Notes under the pieces: model-generated | What the model was told of the DNA's origin: nothing | What the model saw: the letters and a program-made list of their open reading frames with translations, nothing else | Database searches by the model: none | Program-made: the position numbers and the translations under genes | Shown: piece by piece, positions 59,010 through 64,000 of the stretch | How the letters are laid out: every line of letters starts with the position of its first letter | Position numbering within the stretch: position 1 is the stretch's first letter | Assembly (NCBI GenBank): GCA_963705305.1 | Contig: OY970067.1 | Coordinates: 2,272,001-2,336,000 of the forward strand | Origin: an uncultured Methylomirabilota bacterium | Lineage (GTDB): Bacteria > Methylomirabilota > Methylomirabilia > Methylomirabilales > 2-02-FULL-66-22 | Reading direction: 5' to 3' | Length of the DNA: 64,000 nt

Positions 59010-59069
59010 GGGGACGTTGTAACATAATTACCTTGTTTGATGGCGGGGCACGTCCGCCCTCAAGTCGAA
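59010..59069. repeat. ~60-bp direct repeat, copy 2
   Basis: Matches 56525-56585. Confidence 0.9.
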
Positions 59070-59153
59070 TGGCCTGTAGTGCGGGACGAGTAAAGGCAGA
59101 GGGACCCAGCGATTTTCGCGGTGTCGAGGCGGATCTCTCCTGAGGAGCAGAAC

Positions 59154-59243
59154 ACGGGACGGGCGGAGTTCGCCCCGGGCACGCCGAGGGAGATGCTGAA
59201 GGAGGAGTTTCTGGCCGAGTACGGGCTGTCCCGGAACCAGCTC
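59154..59243 (+). pseudogene. HigA antitoxin N-terminal remnant
   Basis: GGAG RBS then ACG (a mutated start), GRAEFAPGTPREMLKEEFLAEYGLSRNQL, similar to HigA (H/T)PGE.L.EEFL...GLSQNQLA; truncated. Confidence 0.65.
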
Positions 59244-59260
59244 GAGAGAAGGAGAGATCC

Positions 59261-60424
59261 ATGGGCCAGGGCAAGGGGTTCAATCTGCTGAAATGGCACG
59301 ACTGCGCCGGGGGCGGCCAGGTGGTGGTGCAAAACGGCATCGCCTACATCGGCAACATGCGCGACCCCCACGGCACGACGATCATCGACGTTACGGACCC
59401 GCGGCGCCCGACGCCGCTCGCCGAGATCACGATGCCCGCGGGCACCCACTCGCACAAGGTGCGCGTGGCCGGCGATCTCATGATCACGAACCGCGAGATT
59501 CCCTCCTCGGAGGCATTGAAGGGCGGATCGCCGCCCGAGGGGTTCCACGGCGGGCTGTCGATCTACGACATCTCCACGCCCGGCACGCCTCGCCTCATCG
59601 CGGAGTGGGACACCACCGACCGGTGGGTGCCGGGCGGGCCGGCCAGCGGCGTGCACCGCTTTGACTTCGACGGCCGCTACGCCTACATCTCGCCGACGTG
59701 GGACGGCTATGTGGGCAACATCGTAATGATCCTGGACCTCGGCAACCCGGCGCGACCCGAGGAGGTCGGGCGCTGGTGGATGCCGGGCCAGTGGACTGCG
59801 GGGGGCGAGACCCCCACTTGGAAGGGCACGGCGCACCGCTGCCACCATCCGCTGCGCCACGCCAACCGGCTCTACACGAGTTACTGGCACGGCGGCCTCG
59901 TGATCCTCGACATCGAGGACATGGCGAAGCCTAGACTGGTGTCCGGCCTCGACTGGAGCCCGCCATTTCCCTGGCCCACGCACACCGTCCTCCGCATCCC
60001 GTTCAAGCTCGAGAACCGCGATCTTGCCCTGGTGGCCGACGAGGACGTCGAGCGGCTCGCGGGGTGCCCCCCGTATCCCTCCGCCTTCCTGTGGATGGTC
60101 GACATCACCGACGAACGGCACCCGGCGGCGATCTCCTCGTTCCAGATTGAAGGCATCCCGCCCGAGCGACAGCCGTACGCCACAGGCTGCCACCAGCCGT
60201 GCGAGCGAGTCCTGGGCACCGAGATTCCGGTGGCCTGGTTCGCGCACGGGCTGCGCCTGATCGACATCGCGCGGCCGCACGCACCGCGGGAAGTCGCGCA
60301 CTTCCTGCCCGATCCGCCGCCCGGCTCCGACCGCGTGCAGAGCAACAACGTCACCGTGGACGAGCGCGGGATCATCTATCTACTCGACCGCGTGCGCGGG
60401 CTGCACATCCTCGAGCTCGTATAA
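59261..60424 (+). CDS. LVIVD-repeat beta-propeller protein
   Basis: Repeated IIDVTDP/IYDISTP/ILDLGNP/ILDIED/LIDIARP strands; THSHK and RCHHP His motifs. Confidence 0.85.
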   Translation: MGQGKGFNLLKWHDCAGGGQVVVQNGIAYIGNMRDPHGTTIIDVTDPRRPTPLAEITMPAGTHSHKVRVAGDLMITNREIPSSEALKGGSPPEGFHGGLSIYDISTPGTPRLIAEWDTTDRWVPGGPASGVHRFDFDGRYAYISPTWDGYVGNIVMILDLGNPARPEEVGRWWMPGQWTAGGETPTWKGTAHRCHHPLRHANRLYTSYWHGGLVILDIEDMAKPRLVSGLDWSPPFPWPTHTVLRIPFKLENRDLALVADEDVERLAGCPPYPSAFLWMVDITDERHPAAISSFQIEGIPPERQPYATGCHQPCERVLGTEIPVAWFAHGLRLIDIARPHAPREVAHFLPDPPPGSDRVQSNNVTVDERGIIYLLDRVRGLHILELV

Positions 60425-60538
60425 TGAGGGAGACTCGAAATCGCCCTTCCCACCGGCGTCCGATCACCCACAACCCACCGGTCACCCCGCCCGGCAAATC
60501 CGGCGACTGATCGGGGCTTCCCGCGCCCGTCCCCGTTC

Positions 60539-61120
60539 TCACCGGAAAGGCTTGCCGGCGGTCTGCAGGTAGACGTCCTCGCTGAGCGTCTCGCCGGGGC
60601 CGGCAGATACGAGACCGGCCATTTCGAGCCCGCGGGCCAATTGCGCGGGCTGAATGCGTATGGCCGGCTTCGGCCCGTGCGCGGTCTGCCAGGGGTGAAA
60701 TTCCACCACGGTCAGCATGCCGCCCCCTGTGAGGATGCGCCCAACCTCCCGGAGGAGCTGGTCCGGATCATCCACCTCGTGGAGCACGAGCGAGAGGGCG
60801 ACGCGGTCGAAGCAGCCGCCGGCAAAGGGCAGCCGGCAGTTGTCGCTCTGAACGGGGCAGACGTTGGAGAGGCCCGCCTCGGCCAGCCGCCGGCCGAGAT
60901 ACTGCAGCATCGGCGGGGCGATGTCGGCTGCGACGACGCAGCCGGCCGCCCCGATCCTGCGCGCCAGCGGCAGTGTGAGCAGACCCGGACCGCAGCCGAA
61001 GTCCAGGACGCGCATGCCCGGCGCGACAGCCATGGCGGCGAGGATCTTCTCGGGGTGCAGCCAGGCGATGCGCTCGGCCGAGAGCAGCTGGTCGGCTGCC
61101 GAGGGATCGAATCGGCGCAT
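60539..61120 (-). CDS. Class I SAM-dependent methyltransferase
   Basis: VLDFGCGPG, AADI, FD...VLHEVDD, RILTGGG. Confidence 0.88.
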   Translation of the reverse strand: MRRFDPSAADQLLSAERIAWLHPEKILAAMAVAPGMRVLDFGCGPGLLTLPLARRIGAAGCVVAADIAPPMLQYLGRRLAEAGLSNVCPVQSDNCRLPFAGGCFDRVALSLVLHEVDDPDQLLREVGRILTGGGMLTVVEFHPWQTAHGPKPAIRIQPAQLARGLEMAGLVSAGPGETLSEDVYLQTAGKPFR

Positions 61121-61416
61121 TCCGGATCTCCTCCATTGGAAGGGTGCTCTGAAGCAGAGAGCTGGGGCGGCTACGCTGCATGGTCTGCAGGGTTTTGGCG
61201 CCATGGCGACTTCCGAGTTTCCCCGCCCCAAGGATAACTCTAAGCGACTTTGCCGAGGAGGCCAACAGGAAAGCCCCGTCCGCCTCTCCAAGGGACCTGC
61301 CCGCCTGAGTATTCTGCCGAAGGAAAGAGGGCTTGAAATGCCTCCCTGGAATGTTAGATGATCCCTCCGCGGGGAGGGGGGAAGGTCCCAGTCCTGGGAC
61401 ACCACTGGAGGCGACC

Positions 61417-63183
61417 GTGAAGCTCTCACGAGAAGACCAGGCGGTCATCGGGCAGGTGTCGGCGGAGCGGCTGCAGGAGCATGTCATGCGGATCGCCCGG
61501 CGGGTCCGGCTGTCGGGCTCGCCGGAAGAGCGCGAGTCCTTCCGGTACATGGCCCGGACGCTGGCCAGGTGGGGATACGAGATCGAAGAGCACCGGCCGG
61601 AATGCTGGACCAGCTGGCCGGGGGCGGCCCTCATGGAGATCCTGAGTGATCCCCCCGAGAGCATTCCTTGCATCACCCACGCCATGGCGGCCTCCACCCC
61701 CGCCGGGGGGATCGTGCTGGAGCTGGCGGATGCCGGCGCGGCGGACGTTCCGAGCCTGCGCCAGCGGGCCCTGAAGGGCAAAGCGACGGTCTGCGACGGC
61801 CTGGCCATGCCCTCCAAGGTCTTCCACGTCGAGGCCGCCGGCGCGGCGGCGCAGATCCATGTCTGCGGCGAGCACCTGCACGAGATGATCACCTCCATCG
61901 TGTGGGGCTCTCCCACGCCGGAAACGGCGGCGCTCCTCCCCAGGACCCCCGTCGTGTCCGTGACGCGCGAAGAGGGTGACAGGCTGCGGGCGGCGCTCCA
62001 GGGCGGGCCGGTCCGGGTCCGGCTGCGGGCCCAGGTAGATACCCGCTGGCGGCCCCTGCCGGTGCTCATCGCGCACCTGCGGGCCCCCCGGAGCAACGGG
62101 GATTTCCTGCTGTTCAGCGGCCACGTAGATTCCTGGCACTACGGGGTCATGGACAACGCCTCCGCCAACGCCACGCAGCTCGAGGTCGCCCGCATCATGG
62201 CCGGCCGGCAAAAGCGGCTGCGGCGCGACCTGCGGCTGGCTTTCTGGTCGGGCCACTCCCATGCGCGCTACGCCGGCTCGGCCTGGTATGCGGACCAGTT
62301 CTGGCCGGAGCTGCACGACCACTGCGTCCTGCACCTCAACGTGGACTCCACGGGGGGCCGCGGGGCGACGCTGCTCGGCGAGGCCGTCGTCATGGTGGAG
62401 GTCCGGGAGTTCGCCTCGGCCATCCTGGAGAAGGTGGCCGAGCAGCGCCTCGCCGGCGCCCGGCCCCAGCGCGCCGGGGATCAATCCTTCTGGGGACACG
62501 GTGTCCCCTCGCTCTTCATGACCCTCTCCGAGCAGCCGGCGAACGACTCCGAGACGGCCCGCGGCTACGCTCAGCTCATGGGGGGCCAGGCCCGGAGCGG
62601 CGGCCTGGGGTGGTGGTGGCACACGCGGGAGGACACACTGGACAAGCTGGATCCGGACCTCATGGTGCGCGACGCGCAGGTGTATGCCCTCGTCGCCCAG
62701 CGGTTGCTCGAGGATCCGGTGCTGCCCCTGGATTATCGGGCGACCGTGACGGAGAGCCGGGCGGTGCTGGCGCGATACGCGAAGGAGGGGAAGGGGCGGT
62801 TCGACCTCGGGCCGGTCTTCGCGCGGCTGGACCAACTGGAGAAGGGAGTGGCGGCCCTCTCCCGGCGCATCCGGGCGGGCGGGCTGGCCCCCGCGGCCGT
62901 CGAGCTGGTCAACGACTGCCTGATGACACTGGGGCGGGAGCTGATCCCGATCGCCTACTGCCGGGCGGGCCGCTTCGAGCACGACCCCACGCTGGCGGTC
63001 CCGCCATTTCCGGGCCTGGAGCCCATGCGGCGGCTGGGATCGCTGCCCCCCAAGAGCGACGAGGCGCGCCAGCTCCAGGTCGCGCTGGTCCGCCGCCGCA
63101 ACGAGGTCTGCCACCATCTCACCCAGGCGGCGGCCATGGTCCAGGCGACGCTGGCGGTCCTGTCGAAAGCCCGGCGGCGCTGA
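61417..63183 (+). CDS. M28-family metallopeptidase with PA-like domain
   Basis: SGHVDSW, DNASAN, WSGHSHARYAGS, NVDS, WWHTREDTLDK. Confidence 0.85.
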   Translation: MKLSREDQAVIGQVSAERLQEHVMRIARRVRLSGSPEERESFRYMARTLARWGYEIEEHRPECWTSWPGAALMEILSDPPESIPCITHAMAASTPAGGIVLELADAGAADVPSLRQRALKGKATVCDGLAMPSKVFHVEAAGAAAQIHVCGEHLHEMITSIVWGSPTPETAALLPRTPVVSVTREEGDRLRAALQGGPVRVRLRAQVDTRWRPLPVLIAHLRAPRSNGDFLLFSGHVDSWHYGVMDNASANATQLEVARIMAGRQKRLRRDLRLAFWSGHSHARYAGSAWYADQFWPELHDHCVLHLNVDSTGGRGATLLGEAVVMVEVREFASAILEKVAEQRLAGARPQRAGDQSFWGHGVPSLFMTLSEQPANDSETARGYAQLMGGQARSGGLGWWWHTREDTLDKLDPDLMVRDAQVYALVAQRLLEDPVLPLDYRATVTESRAVLARYAKEGKGRFDLGPVFARLDQLEKGVAALSRRIRAGGLAPAAVELVNDCLMTLGRELIPIAYCRAGRFEHDPTLAVPPFPGLEPMRRLGSLPPKSDEARQLQVALVRRRNEVCHHLTQAAAMVQATLAVLSKARRR

Positions 63184-63653
63184 CGGGGCGGGGCGGGCGG
63201 CAGTCCGGGGCGCCGCCGGTCCCGTCAACCGATGGTGCGGCCGGCCCCGATGCGCGAGGCGATCGCCTCTTGGTTCAGTCCGTTCTGCGGGGAGACGACG
63301 ACCGGCGACTCTGTGAGATGCGTCCCGATCCGCTCCAGGGCCTCGAGGCCCCAAATCTCCGGCTAACGTGCCCATCGCCTCTGCGGGGCGCCACCCATCG
63401 GGTGCAGCCAGGTCCGATGCGGGCAGCCAGCCCCGCGGCCATGATTGCGGGCGCCACACGGGTGCGCTACTGCCCTGCGACGTTATCCGGAGATTAAGGG
63501 AGGCTCTCCTTGCTTGTGCAGGCGGCCCGAGATTGGTACACTACACGGGTCGGCCCCCAGAGGCACGCACGCCGCCCCAAATCCCCGTTGTGAATTCGAA
63601 CGGTGGCCCCCGGCCCGCAGAGCATTCGGCCGGCCGCCGACAGGATTGACGGC

Positions 63654-64000
63654 ATGCCCGATTCGGCGTTGCTCATCCAGCAGTGGGGTTATCTGGCCAT
63701 CGCCATCGTCGTGATCCTCGGGAACGTCGGCTTTCCCATTCCCGAGGATACGATCCTGATCCTGGCGGGGTACCTGGTCTGGCGCGGCGATCTCCGGGTG
63801 TCGGTGGTGCTGATCGTCGGCGTGGCAAGCGCCGTGGCCGGAGACAACCTCGGGTACTGGATCGGCCGGGAGTACGGCCGCCGGGCCATCGAGCGCTACG
63901 GTCACTGGATCCTGGTGACCCCCCGGCGGCTGGACTGGACCCAGCGCCTGGTGACGCAGTATGGCGCGCGCGCAGTGTTCGCGGCGCGGTTCATGCCCGG
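63654..64000 (+). CDS. dedA: DedA family membrane protein, 3'-partial
   Basis: GYLAI..LGNVGFPIPED..LILAG, GDNLGYWIGR.YG, AVFAARFMP. Confidence 0.88.
   Translation, partial: MPDSALLIQQWGYLAIAIVVILGNVGFPIPEDTILILAGYLVWRGDLRVSVVLIVGVASAVAGDNLGYWIGREYGRRAIERYGHWILVTPRRLDWTQRLVTQYGARAVFAARFMP

Noticed and set aside
56525..59069. CRISPR array or attC sites as the explanation for the 60-bp repeats
   Set aside because: Only two copies 2.5 kb apart, no spacers or cas genes, and no RYYYAAC..GTTRRRY palindromic architecture
61140..61330. Riboswitch in the methyltransferase leader (TGGGGCGG/CCGCCCCA stem, GAAA loop)
   Set aside because: Stems of this length are common at this GC content, and there is no match to SAM, cobalamin or c-di-GMP consensus
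493..63459. Many long alternative-frame and antisense ORFs (e.g. 493-2151, 5808-7379, 34551-36656, 61426-63459)
   Set aside because: Shadow ORFs expected at high GC; they overlap motif-supported genes and translate to Arg/Pro/Gly-rich sequence without motifs
63184..63650. Short ORFs between the M28 peptidase and dedA
   Set aside because: No RBS, motif or codon support; treated as intergenic

Overview
High-GC bacterial chromosome segment from a diderm (it carries pal, MlaFED and AsmA-like genes). Gene content resembles Ca. Methylomirabilota/Rokubacteria-type genomes, which is inference only. In order: (1) 3' end of a C-P lyase phosphonate operon (phnK-phnL-IMPase-phnM) followed by a PhnX-like HAD, a Zn-ADH, phnDCEE and a MOSC protein; (2) phoB-phoR, two single-domain receivers, a small membrane protein and pstSCAB-phoU on the minus strand, with four 11-nt-periodic Pho-box promoters across blocks 1-2; (3) a ModE-like remnant, tungstate transporter tupABC, molbindin and Mrp/ApbC; (4) pdhABC without E3, with a MITE-like insertion; (5) an accessory scar region holding a degenerate tRNA-Met 3' fragment, an IS1380 remnant, a beta-hydroxyacid dehydrogenase and an attC-like half site; (6) thiO; (7) a long minus-strand hopanoid and lipid-transport block (hpnA, DUF422, hpnH, shc, hpnG, lipoprotein, mlaEFD, GH57, DUF502, CNNM, AsmA-like); (8) a W-type aldehyde:ferredoxin oxidoreductase, pal, TetR, an ECF sigma and a ZAS anti-sigma fused to a CpoB-like TPR; (9) a toxin-antitoxin-rich patchwork punctuated by a recurrent CAACGTCCCC end motif; (10) an LVIVD protein, a methyltransferase, an M28 peptidase and a partial DedA. 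No rRNA, intact tRNA or CRISPR array was seen. All calls come from reading motifs by eye; no searches were run.
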